This document shows, in pieces, positions 54,915 through 64,000 of a stretch of 64,000 nt of DNA. This stretch comes from a virus. The notes under the pieces were generated by a model. That model ran no database searches. It saw nothing but the letters and a program-made list of their open reading frames with translations, and had not been told where the DNA came from. The stretch's first letter is position 1. The number at the start of each line of letters is the position of its first letter. The position numbers and the translations under genes are program-made. The DNA is taken from positions 11,717 through 75,716 of IMG/VR virus record IMGVR_UViG_3300047546_001881; one strand, written 5' to 3'.

Positions 54915-57055
54915 TATCTCACCATTAAAGAAAGTTTATTAGAACCAGGATGCAGCACTTCATCTTTTAATATTCTAACTTGGTAATAGTATCTCTTGTT
55001 AGAAGTTAATCCTAGGTCTGTATATTCTATATTTCCTTCTGGTGGATTTTCAATCGAATGAATAAGTTCCCATTCCCCAACAGCAGTATCTTTTCTGTAA
55101 AACTTGTAAGTTAAATCTGGCCCTTCCCAAGTAACAGTTAGGGTAGCAGTTCCAGTAGTTTGAGACCAACCACTGATTTCTGCTTTTTCATAAACCCAGT
55201 CAATGATTGTGTATTCGCTTTGATTGGTGTAAGTCTTTAAGAACTTCTCTGCTTCTTCTTTAGTAAAAGGTCCACCGTACTCTTCTAACAAAGTAATTGG
55301 AGCATTAATAACTAATACTCCATTAACTGGTACTTGCTGACCTTCAGTTCCATAGCCAAGTTTAGATTGAAGTATCTTATTATTAGCTCGTATGGCTTTC
55401 TCAAATAGCTCTTGCTTGATGACTCCACCATCTCTTCTAACATCAACAATAAAAGCATCTTCTTCTTGTTCTGTCTCTAAGACTGCTACTTCACATAAAA
55501 CATAATAAGCGTATTCATTCATATATGGTACGCAATATTTTTTTATAAAAGAGTTATCTTCTGTAAGAGAAGTGTACTTCATTCCAATAATGGAATTTGT
55601 ATTAGGAGTTCCATCTTCATTTAAAGCTTGAAGATTAGGGTGCGCCCTTCCTTGTCTTTGAGAGCAGAATACTATTTCTCCACTTCTATTAATCTTTAAG
55701 TAATGAATTGCTTTATCATATGAGTTAGCATTTGGATGAATATAAAATACATATATATGATCGAGCGCTGATTTATTACTAAGAGGATTTAAGTTGAGCT
55801 CTGTATATTCTAAAGACTTAGCTTCGTAAGAGAAAGAAGCGTAATAAGTATCTTGAGAATTTAAGCGAGTATTTAGGAGGATGAACCCGCCTTGATTATC
55901 GTAAGCTGATATCTTATCCGCTTCATAAAATATATCTTTCAAAGTTTTATTAACTACTTTTTCATTCTCTTCTTTCTTAAATGCACGCTTTCCATGAAGA
56001 GACTGATCAGTTGTATATGCAGACTTAAGTAACCCATCTTCATCGTAAGCAAAGATAGTTATGTGTCTACTGTTCTCTGGCATAATTGCTAAGTTTGTTT
56101 TAGTAGCAGCCAATATGTTTTCGTTAACATAAAGTAGACGCTTATAAGGTGCATATATGTATGGTTTATATGGTGCAAATGGTTGAGTGTCGTACTCTGG
56201 TACATAGTATCTTTTTGTTGAACCATTTACATTGGTAGTAAAATCACCATTGGTAAATGACAAATGCCATGCATCTTCAGGATCTCTGCTTGAAGGAAGC
56301 ATTGGTTTTATAGTGCTATTTTCTAGAGGCTTAGCATACCAAGTGCTGTTTCTATTTAAGTAAAAAGTATAGCCGTCAGAATTCTTTTCTCTGTTATAAA
56401 CTGGATAAGCTTCCGTTAATGAACCTGCATCTTCTCCAGTTAAAATAATATCTTCCCAAGAAGCTTCTTTAGTAGCTTCTACTGGAGAAAGCAACTCGTG
56501 GGTTGCTTTCCCATTTACATCTGAAGAGACAATAAAGAAGATTCTGTAAGCTCCAGTATCAGGATCAAAGTAATTCTTATAGTTGGTGTAGATGACATCA
56601 TTCTCTATATCAAAAACGAAGCCATCATCTATTTTAACTTTATTCCCTCTAGTTACAATTTCTAGTTTTGCTTCTTTTGTGTTCTCGGGAAGAATATGTT
56701 TAAAGAATAAGGGTTTTTTTCTACCGCTGTTTTCAATAAAAGTTTCAGTAGTTAAAGCAACTTCTTTATATCGAGAAGTGTAAGATCGACCAGCAATTTC
56801 AGTCCAAGTATTGTCAGCACTAATAAAATTAGTTTCATTGCTTGGTAAGACGTAAGTCTTATTAATAAGCTGTATATTCTTCCAAGAGTCGATAGGCTTA
56901 GATTCAAAATAGCTAACAGGAACAGAGCTATCTTTAATTTTATCCAGATAGACAAACTCTTCAATATACTTCTGAACGTATGAAGCTATAGGAAGTATTT
57001 GGTAAGTTCTTTGTCCATGAGCAATTAACTCTAAAGTAATATCTGATCTAGCCAT
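54914..57055 (-). CDS. Putative virion structural protein with a C-terminal fibronectin type III domain
   Basis: LTVTW...YKFYR...YTDLGLTSNKRYYYQVR. Confidence 0.7.
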   Translation of the reverse strand: MARSDITLELIAHGQRTYQILPIASYVQKYIEEFVYLDKIKDSSVPVSYFESKPIDSWKNIQLINKTYVLPSNETNFISADNTWTEIAGRSYTSRYKEVALTTETFIENSGRKKPLFFKHILPENTKEAKLEIVTRGNKVKIDDGFVFDIENDVIYTNYKNYFDPDTGAYRIFFIVSSDVNGKATHELLSPVEATKEASWEDIILTGEDAGSLTEAYPVYNREKNSDGYTFYLNRNSTWYAKPLENSTIKPMLPSSRDPEDAWHLSFTNGDFTTNVNGSTKRYYVPEYDTQPFAPYKPYIYAPYKRLLYVNENILAATKTNLAIMPENSRHITIFAYDEDGLLKSAYTTDQSLHGKRAFKKEENEKVVNKTLKDIFYEADKISAYDNQGGFILLNTRLNSQDTYYASFSYEAKSLEYTELNLNPLSNKSALDHIYVFYIHPNANSYDKAIHYLKINRSGEIVFCSQRQGRAHPNLQALNEDGTPNTNSIIGMKYTSLTEDNSFIKKYCVPYMNEYAYYVLCEVAVLETEQEEDAFIVDVRRDGGVIKQELFEKAIRANNKILQSKLGYGTEGQQVPVNGVLVINAPITLLEEYGGPFTKEEAEKFLKTYTNQSEYTIIDWVYEKAEISGWSQTTGTATLTVTWEGPDLTYKFYRKDTAVGEWELIHSIENPPEGNIEYTDLGLTSNKRYYYQVRILKDEVLHPGSNKLSLMVR

Positions 57056-57093
57056 TTGACCTTCTTATTAATAGCATCTTACAAGAATACAAA

Positions 57094-59409
57094 TTATGCA
57101 GTAGGTAGAGTAGTGTATCCGCCTGGAGCTGCCACAAACAATAGTATCTTTACATCTATTTGTGCTGTAAGTCCTGCCCATCTAGTATTTAAGAAATCGC
57201 TTTCATACGCACCAGAATCTGATTGTCCGCGTGCAGAAATATAAATGTTTATATATCCGCCACCAGTTGGATCATAATATAAAGACGCTATTAGCTGTTC
57301 ACCTTCTCTTTCACTTACTCCTCCATTCTCCCAGCGAGCACCTCCTCCATTTACCCACCAAGTATCATTAGATACTGAGCTCTTTGCCATTAAAGAGAAA
57401 CCAATAATTGTATCAGCGCTTTTAGCATATGGAGTACCAGTACTATCGTATGCTGCACTAATTAAGTAATCTGGTAAAGGTACAGATGCTTGCCAAAAAG
57501 TAATTAAGTTATTAGAAGCTGCATCTGAACCAGCTGAATCTTTACCAGTAAATACAACTTCGCTTTGAGCCCAATACAAAGTTTGAAAAACTGGAACTCT
57601 CCATCCATTTCTTCCTGCTGGAGATTCACTTCCACTATATGTAGCGTAAGCTCTTTGAGGGTTTCCTACCCCGTTTTCATTAAGAGACCAAAGAGGTAGT
57701 CGATCAATAGTAGTATCGTTTACTGGTCCCGCTGCCATTCCATGGAAAATTGCTTGGCTTCCTAGAGCTTCTATATGTCCACCATCATCATCTATTAAAA
57801 GACCAACATTTGAAAATTCAGCTGTAGGGGCATAAGGGTTAGGACCGCCATTAGAAACTTTTAAAGATCCTTCAAACTCTGTGGAAGGTACTCCATGACT
57901 ATCTATTTGTACCTGACCATTATCAGATCTAATTGTAAGATCTGTATGTCCAAATGTAGATCCATTTGCATTTAAATAAATGCTGCCATCATTAAATATA
58001 TTTAAAGTTCCTGGATAAGCTCCACCGCCTGTAGTACCTCTAAATATTTCTGTATTAGAAGTTCCATCTCCAAACTTAATACCAAAAGTCTTAGTGTTAG
58101 TAGCACTAGCTGTAGAATCTAAATACTTACCAGGCGCTCCATCCTCAATACCAAAGACAAGATTCCCTCTCATAGAGTTATTGTCGTTTGCCCATGCGTC
58201 AGTTGTATAGCCATCACGATGTAAGTATTGAGGCATCCAGTTACTAGGTATTGCAGAATCTACATAAATACCTGATGCTGGTTTATCTTCAAGTAAACCT
58301 GCAATGCTTGAGATATGTATTGGAGACTCTCCAAAAGTTCCATCATGAGTGTGATGAAACCACTTATATCTTAAATCATAAATTGCTTCTGTAATGGTTG
58401 AGCCAACTGTAATAACTGAGAATCCATGACTTGTATCTAGTGTTACATTTTTAACAATTAGATTATCTTCATCGTTATATTCGTACACTGCATCATTATA
58501 AAGCTTACCAGTTACATTGTCTCGAAGATAAACAAACCCTTCAGGTATTATATCTCCTGCTATAAAGTTCTCTTGAAGAACTCTTGGTAAAGTTAACTGG
58601 CTGTTTAATGCGATATCTGCATCGCCATTTAACTGAACATTATTACCTTGATAGTTAAGTTTTCCATGAGAAGCTATAGGTAACTGAATAATATAACCAG
58701 ATCCAGATAAGGTAGCAGTACACTGAGCACCACCATTTGCTGTTTGGTTTGGGTCTGGTATTACGTTATAACTTGAACCAGGTACATCAGCTCCAGTTCC
58801 CCAAAGAAGGGGAACTGTTTGGTAGTTAACATAAAGAGTTTGTCCGCTAGCTGTAGAATTATAAGTAGTAAGCTTTCTATTTTGTGATAGAAACCAATCT
58901 CCAGGATTCTTTACAGATCTGTGTGAAGCAACTCTGTTTGTTAGTGTGGCGCCAAAACTGCCACTAAAGGTTACAGAAGAGATACTGAGAGGTGGGAATC
59001 TTAACCAGAATTCTCTAAGACCTATAGGGTCTACTGAACCATCATGAAGTTTCTCTGCAGTGACGGTGTATACAGGGTCTCCAATGCTGCTGTTTTCAGT
59101 TATGACTGGGTTTAGATTGGAGGCTGAACCAATGAGTCTTGCAATGTTTGCAATGTCTAGAAACGAATCTGAAGCGCCTGCAACTTCTCCAGAGTTAGTA
59201 AGTTTTCTTCCTGTCTTTAAAGTTAACTTGCTGTTAGTTGAAACACTGTAAGGCCATGACTCGCCCCATACATCTCCAACAGTTTTTTCTAACTCTGAAG
59301 CAGCTCTTTCTAACTGAACTCCTATAGCATTAAACTTGTCAGCTGTTGGTTGCTCGCCAGCAACAAATTCAGGTACTACGCTAACTCCAGATTTTTTCTT
59401 ATCTGCCAT
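57094..59409 (-). CDS. Putative tail fibre/receptor-binding-like protein
   Basis: 771 aa, G/S/T/N-rich, HTHDG motif. Confidence 0.55.
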   Translation of the reverse strand: MADKKKSGVSVVPEFVAGEQPTADKFNAIGVQLERAASELEKTVGDVWGESWPYSVSTNSKLTLKTGRKLTNSGEVAGASDSFLDIANIARLIGSASNLNPVITENSSIGDPVYTVTAEKLHDGSVDPIGLREFWLRFPPLSISSVTFSGSFGATLTNRVASHRSVKNPGDWFLSQNRKLTTYNSTASGQTLYVNYQTVPLLWGTGADVPGSSYNVIPDPNQTANGGAQCTATLSGSGYIIQLPIASHGKLNYQGNNVQLNGDADIALNSQLTLPRVLQENFIAGDIIPEGFVYLRDNVTGKLYNDAVYEYNDEDNLIVKNVTLDTSHGFSVITVGSTITEAIYDLRYKWFHHTHDGTFGESPIHISSIAGLLEDKPASGIYVDSAIPSNWMPQYLHRDGYTTDAWANDNNSMRGNLVFGIEDGAPGKYLDSTASATNTKTFGIKFGDGTSNTEIFRGTTGGGAYPGTLNIFNDGSIYLNANGSTFGHTDLTIRSDNGQVQIDSHGVPSTEFEGSLKVSNGGPNPYAPTAEFSNVGLLIDDDGGHIEALGSQAIFHGMAAGPVNDTTIDRLPLWSLNENGVGNPQRAYATYSGSESPAGRNGWRVPVFQTLYWAQSEVVFTGKDSAGSDAASNNLITFWQASVPLPDYLISAAYDSTGTPYAKSADTIIGFSLMAKSSVSNDTWWVNGGGARWENGGVSEREGEQLIASLYYDPTGGGYINIYISARGQSDSGAYESDFLNTRWAGLTAQIDVKILLFVAAPGGYTTLPTA

Positions 59410-59410
59410 C

Positions 59411-62050
59411 TCAGTGTCCTCTACTAACTGGTGTAATAAATAAACTATATGAAGAAACGCCTTCTGCTTTTGGATTAATCGTTATAAAGTTGGCGCCTCC
59501 AATACCACTGCCTACGTTAAAGTCTTCTGTTACGAAAGTAAAACCGTAAGGAATGGGAAGCGCCGGATTACTTTTATCTACTCCACGTAAATAAGCAGGA
59601 AGATCTAGTCTGATTCTAATGGAGTTAGAAGTAATAAGTCTACCAGTGACAGGATCTCTTGCATAAGCGTGAGCTCTAACTGAGTCTGGCATAACTGCTA
59701 AATAACCACCTAGGTTATTTTCTACATTGTAGGGTTCTGGTATAGGTAAGTTTCTATTCTTGAAAATGAGCCTTTTGCTTTCAGCAACGTCTGGAGTTAA
59801 AGGATAGTAGGCTCCAAGATTTTTGGTAATTGGATGAACTACATCTTCTTTCCATTCATAAACAAGAACATTTACTCCATCTAGAAATAAAGGATTCCAT
59901 TCTCTAGCTTCTTTTTCAAAAAGCCAACAGTAGCTTAGTGCTCCTACAGCACTAATTCCTGGAATGTTCTCTTTCAGAATTACTTTGGCGCCTTGAACTC
60001 CACCTGAACTATCGTAAATTGGATAGGTTTGAAAAATCTCTCTTCTGTATTTAATAACAGAACTTCCTGTATTGATTAGTATATCTACAAAACCATCTTC
60101 ATACTTGTCTACTGGAAACTCTACAAAGCCTTCTATTTCAAAAGAGTTGTAAGGTAAGTGACTACTTTCTACTTCTACTCCATTTAGACAAGTAAACTTC
60201 TTACCTACTGTTCCAAGAATAGGGTCGTGTTTCAAAACTTGGAAAAGGGTAATATTCTCTAAAGAGATACCAGGTGGTCTTTCAGATATTTCCATAATAG
60301 TATCTAACCCATCATGGTAAACATCTTTTATTTTAGTTGAAATAGAGTTCCAGTCATAAGGCACACTATACACAGCACAGATCTGTCCAGCAGAGTTTGT
60401 ATCTGCAGTGTATTCTCTAACTGTTCCGTTTAGATATCCAATTGGATCTTCTATTACAATCGTTGTTTCTACATCTTCTACAACGTTCCCATAAGAGTCA
60501 TAAACTGTTGCACAGAGCTGAGTAAAATCTGTTCCATAGTAGAGATCTCCATAGAGATCTCCACCAACTAACGATAGATCTGTTTCTAATACAATAGAAG
60601 CTACATGCTTTTCGATAGTAGAGATCTGGACGATTTTATTAGCAACAGTATTTTTGATAGGTCTAAGATCTAAGAATGTAGTCTTATTTGCATATCTAAT
60701 ATTTGAGTCAGTTACTTCATACTGAACTCTTGGAACAGCTACATAGCTTATATAGAAAGAGCATTCATCTGAATACTTTTTTCCATGAATGATGTCTTCA
60801 ATAATAGAAAACTTAGAATGAGCTTGAGCTTCTGTTCCATCATAGCCTCTGATACATTCAAAGAACCCTTTTTCTCCTTTAGAATAGTAAGCTATCTTCT
60901 CTGTTCCAATAGTAATTACACCTTTAGGTGAATAAGAGCTAGTCTTAATATCATCACTAATAAAGTAAATTTCAGTATCAGTTTCAGAGATATCAGAACC
61001 AAGCACCAGTTTAGGTGCTTGGTATCCGCCAATAGTAATTATTCCTAGATCTTTATCTGCTACATAATGATTGTCAGTTTCACCTGAAAAGTTAAGGGTA
61101 TTTACTTCAGTTAGCTCTTCTAAAGTTCCATCATTGTATGCAGCAATAACTTTTAAAGAAGAGTCTGAGATGGGAAAGTATTTAGTATATAGCAGGCGTC
61201 CACTTTCAACGCCTTTGCCACAACTTTCAAAAAGCTCTTCAACTAAATCTTTGGTAAGCTCTCCTTCAAACTTACCAACTTCTTTTGAAAACTTACCGTT
61301 TAACAAGACATGGTTCTCTCCATCTATTTCTTTGATGAGAAACTCTCTGTGTCTTGGACAAATGTTTTCTACAATTATATTTCCTAATTCATCTTCAGTT
61401 TCTTTTCTATACTCTTCTCCGTCTTCTAATGCCCCTGTAAACTTCTCTACTTGTTTAAAGACGGTATGTGGACGTTTAACATACTCATCATCTCTAGTTA
61501 AGATAGATACTGTTATAAAGCTTTCTAATGCTTCTGGAAGCAATTTAGTAAAGCTAAGTTCATTAAGTACTTCATTCTCATTAATCTTTGTAACAAAAGA
61601 ATAATTAGAATACAAAGGCATTTCTTGCCAAAAGATAGCGTAACTACCAGTACTTACTACTGGAGTCCAAGTAAAGTTACTACCATCTCTGAAGTGTTTT
61701 AGATTGAGATACTCTATATCTCTAACTGTTCCTGACTGCCAGTAATCTTGAATCGTACCTTCTGTTAGACCAACTTCGTGTCCACCTAAATAAGTACCAT
61801 ACATGCTTTCTGGATAATTAGAACTTTGAACTAAAGTTTTGTCCCAGCTCCATCCATTGATTTCTTCTTCAATAGAATAGACTCCAGTCAAAGGGACAGT
61901 TCTTTCTACTGGTGTAACTATGTTTTCTATACCAAGTACTACTGTAGTCTCTTCAAGAGAAATGTAGTCGTCTTCTATAGAAGTATAGATGCCGCCAAGT
62001 CCAAGAGTTATAAAATTCTTGGAACCTAATCCACTTGTGATTAATGACAT
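59411..62050 (-). CDS. Putative virion structural protein with an Ig-like (Big-1-like) segment
   Basis: LCATVYDSYGNVV...TADTNSAGQ; ITIGTEKIAY...CIRGYDGTEAQAH motif. Confidence 0.6.
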   Translation of the reverse strand: MSLITSGLGSKNFITLGLGGIYTSIEDDYISLEETTVVLGIENIVTPVERTVPLTGVYSIEEEINGWSWDKTLVQSSNYPESMYGTYLGGHEVGLTEGTIQDYWQSGTVRDIEYLNLKHFRDGSNFTWTPVVSTGSYAIFWQEMPLYSNYSFVTKINENEVLNELSFTKLLPEALESFITVSILTRDDEYVKRPHTVFKQVEKFTGALEDGEEYRKETEDELGNIIVENICPRHREFLIKEIDGENHVLLNGKFSKEVGKFEGELTKDLVEELFESCGKGVESGRLLYTKYFPISDSSLKVIAAYNDGTLEELTEVNTLNFSGETDNHYVADKDLGIITIGGYQAPKLVLGSDISETDTEIYFISDDIKTSSYSPKGVITIGTEKIAYYSKGEKGFFECIRGYDGTEAQAHSKFSIIEDIIHGKKYSDECSFYISYVAVPRVQYEVTDSNIRYANKTTFLDLRPIKNTVANKIVQISTIEKHVASIVLETDLSLVGGDLYGDLYYGTDFTQLCATVYDSYGNVVEDVETTIVIEDPIGYLNGTVREYTADTNSAGQICAVYSVPYDWNSISTKIKDVYHDGLDTIMEISERPPGISLENITLFQVLKHDPILGTVGKKFTCLNGVEVESSHLPYNSFEIEGFVEFPVDKYEDGFVDILINTGSSVIKYRREIFQTYPIYDSSGGVQGAKVILKENIPGISAVGALSYCWLFEKEAREWNPLFLDGVNVLVYEWKEDVVHPITKNLGAYYPLTPDVAESKRLIFKNRNLPIPEPYNVENNLGGYLAVMPDSVRAHAYARDPVTGRLITSNSIRIRLDLPAYLRGVDKSNPALPIPYGFTFVTEDFNVGSGIGGANFITINPKAEGVSSYSLFITPVSRGH

Positions 62051-62062
62051 TTAAAGCTCCAA

Positions 62063-62581
62063 TTATATCTTAACTCTTCTATATGGAGCTTCTCCAGTAG
62101 CTAGACCATCTTTATCAAAAAGATCAAAAGTAGCTACTAATGTAGTATTGTCACTTTTGTATAGATTCAACTGAGTTCCAACAATTTCCCATTTACCAGT
62201 TTGTATTTCTTTTATAAGATCTACATTGTCACTTATAACACTTAATGCATTTGTATCTGAGAATGAGTGGTAGTCGCGAGTATTGAAGCTAGCTGAAGTG
62301 TATCTTTCTGGTGCAGTAAGTGGAGCGCCCCAATCAATCAAAGCAACTACTTCTTCACCATCATAAAGGCCTTCATCTGCTACAACTGATTTCCAATCTA
62401 TTGTAGTTTTATAAAAACCATTTGATATTTCTTCTAAAACAGAATAAGAACCAGGTACAGAGATTCCGCTCTCTGCACCTTGTAAGAGCAACCAAGTACC
62501 TGTTAAACCTAGTTGTGGATTACCTGAAGAATCCACAACATTAAAGATGTAAGTTTTTGAAGATTCATAATTAGTTGGCAT
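62063..62581 (-). CDS. Putative virion-associated protein
   Basis: SD AGGAGG; C-terminal GKWEI...LYKSDNTTLVATFDL. Confidence 0.6.
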   Translation of the reverse strand: MPTNYESSKTYIFNVVDSSGNPQLGLTGTWLLLQGAESGISVPGSYSVLEEISNGFYKTTIDWKSVVADEGLYDGEEVVALIDWGAPLTAPERYTSASFNTRDYHSFSDTNALSVISDNVDLIKEIQTGKWEIVGTQLNLYKSDNTTLVATFDLFDKDGLATGEAPYRRVKI

Positions 62582-62598
62582 GATCTCCTCCTAGACCA

Positions 62599-63483
62599 CT
62601 ATTCTCCCCAATTTATTGGAGATTTTTTAAGTGCTTTATTAGCAATACTAGCACCATAGTGATTTAAAAGCAATCTCTTGCTTACTCCATCATCATCAAC
62701 TAAATAGTCTCTTGTTAGTTCATTAAAAGTTTCATCATTAACTTCTACCATTTTTATTGGTTGCCAAGTTAAGTAAAACGGGAACTCTTGATAGTCTACT
62801 GATACATCTCCTGCTCCTGGAGAATGAGAGTAAATATAGCCTCTCTCATAATTTATATAGTAGTCTCCAGGACCACTTATATCTTCTAGAGAAGAGACTT
62901 CTCTTCTATATACGTTTGCATTTGAAAAGTAAGCCTTCTCAAATTTCCCTACCCAAAGTTTGTTAAGTCTTGAATTAGAAAGCGCAATTCTATCTGTAAC
63001 TTTATCTGTGCTCTTAATCTTTAAATTTCCTGTCTTAAGGTAATCTTCCCATTCAGGTAAAACTTCTACAGAGATAAAAGATAAAGAACTTAAAACAGAT
63101 AGAAGATCTCTAACAAAGTAGACCTCTTCTCTTAATCCTATTTTAAGAGATAGTTCTGGAGTTCCTTCTCCATTGTTCCAGCTAGACCATACTTTAAAAG
63201 TATTAGACTTAATCTCTATTCTAGGATCTGGAGCAATAGCTATTTGTTCTGCATCAAGTACTAAAGTTATTTTAAGTAAGTGCTTTTCAAACAAGCCAAC
63301 AGTTCTATGATGCGAACTTAAAACTGATTGCTTAACTGGAGTTGGAAGATCTTTTACATGTAAAGATATTCTTCTTCTATATGAATCTAAAGATTCATCT
63401 TTTAATCTAAGCAGACTGCTATTAATACCAACTTCATCTAAAGAAACTGGAAACTGATACTTTTTAGAAGAATACTTACTCAT
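62599..63483 (-). CDS. Putative baseplate-associated protein
   Basis: SLDEVG...LLRLKDESLDSYRRRI resembles baseplate wedge N-termini; GDYYINYERGYI. Confidence 0.55.
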   Translation of the reverse strand: MSKYSSKKYQFPVSLDEVGINSSLLRLKDESLDSYRRRISLHVKDLPTPVKQSVLSSHHRTVGLFEKHLLKITLVLDAEQIAIAPDPRIEIKSNTFKVWSSWNNGEGTPELSLKIGLREEVYFVRDLLSVLSSLSFISVEVLPEWEDYLKTGNLKIKSTDKVTDRIALSNSRLNKLWVGKFEKAYFSNANVYRREVSSLEDISGPGDYYINYERGYIYSHSPGAGDVSVDYQEFPFYLTWQPIKMVEVNDETFNELTRDYLVDDDGVSKRLLLNHYGASIANKALKKSPINWGE

Positions 63484-64000
63484 GATAAGCCTCTACTTCA
63501 TCATATATTTCTTTTAATATAATTCTTTGTGAAATGGGATCAGCTATATAAAGATCTCTGTATTCTTGAAATCTCTTATAAGAGTTACCTTGTTTGATAC
63601 AAAGTAGATTTTCTTTATCAAAGAAAATCTCTTCTCCTGCTTCAGCTACATGTTCTCTAACAGGTATTAGATGCTCAACCATTACACTGGTAACAGAAGT
63701 AAACTCTTTATCTTTTAAAGCTGGTAAACTTGCTGTACAGTAAAAATCCCATTGCCCAATTTCATTAAAGTTTACTTCGAATGAAAAGTCGCTCCAAGAT
63801 TCTTGTGGCTGCTTATTCGTCGCATCTTTTCCTGGAAACTTATAGAGAGTTGGACCCCATAATAAAGAAGACTGCAAGTACTCTACTATTCCAGAGGGGC
63901 TAACTCTCTTAATTGTAACCTCTGCTACTCTAACAGTTGGTATTCTAAACCAAGTCCATATCTTTGCAACTTCGTTATACTCAACTCTATGAGTATCAAG
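63476..64000 (-). CDS. 3' part of a putative structural gene that starts beyond the window
   Basis: Frame is open from 64000 through the TTG at 63877 (LDTHRVEYNEVAKIWTWF...). Confidence 0.65.
   Translation of the reverse strand, partial: LDTHRVEYNEVAKIWTWFRIPTVRVAEVTIKRVSPSGIVEYLQSSLLWGPTLYKFPGKDATNKQPQESWSDFSFEVNFNEIGQWDFYCTASLPALKDKEFTSVTSVMVEHLIPVREHVAEAGEEIFFDKENLLCIKQGNSYKRFQEYRDLYIADPISQRIILKEIYDEVEAYHE

Noticed and set aside
61071-61604. 177-aa + strand ORF and other short ORFs nested opposite long genes
   Set aside because: Ser/Leu/Phe-rich antisense shadows with no motifs
1-64000. Stop-codon reassignment, as in some large phages
   Set aside because: Conserved genes are full-length in the standard code, and TAA, TAG and TGA all end genes at expected positions

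Overview
AT-rich, gene-dense 64 kb segment of a large (jumbo/huge) tailed dsDNA bacteriophage genome in the standard genetic code. I saw no rRNA, tRNA, CRISPR array or transposase. About 0.3-40.6 kb is a mostly + strand early/middle block for replication, recombination and nucleotide metabolism: SSB, two deaminases, PhoH, class II RNR, dUTPase, RecA, a split DnaE, Cas4-like nuclease, IMPDH/GMP reductase, primase-helicase and resolvases. About 40.7-64 kb is a mostly - strand block of large virion-structural-like genes plus sugar-modifying enzymes. The main finding is an apparently complete phage-encoded ubiquitin-like conjugation module at 5129-10240: a giant coiled-coil E2-like protein, a JAB/JAMM protease, a ThiF/E1 enzyme and a ubiquitin-like protein ending in -KGN. 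Just upstream lie a Lon AAA+ unfoldase lacking its protease domain and a nucleotidyltransferase. Other notable items are a full-length homologue of plant Whirly ssDNA-binding proteins near a SpoVG-like protein, an intein-less split dnaE interrupted by an antisense fibre-like gene, and a dispersed ADP-heptose/GDP-sugar pathway with a GT9-GT4 fusion coupled to the structural operon (possible virion glycosylation). All family calls come from motif recognition by eye; no searches were run.
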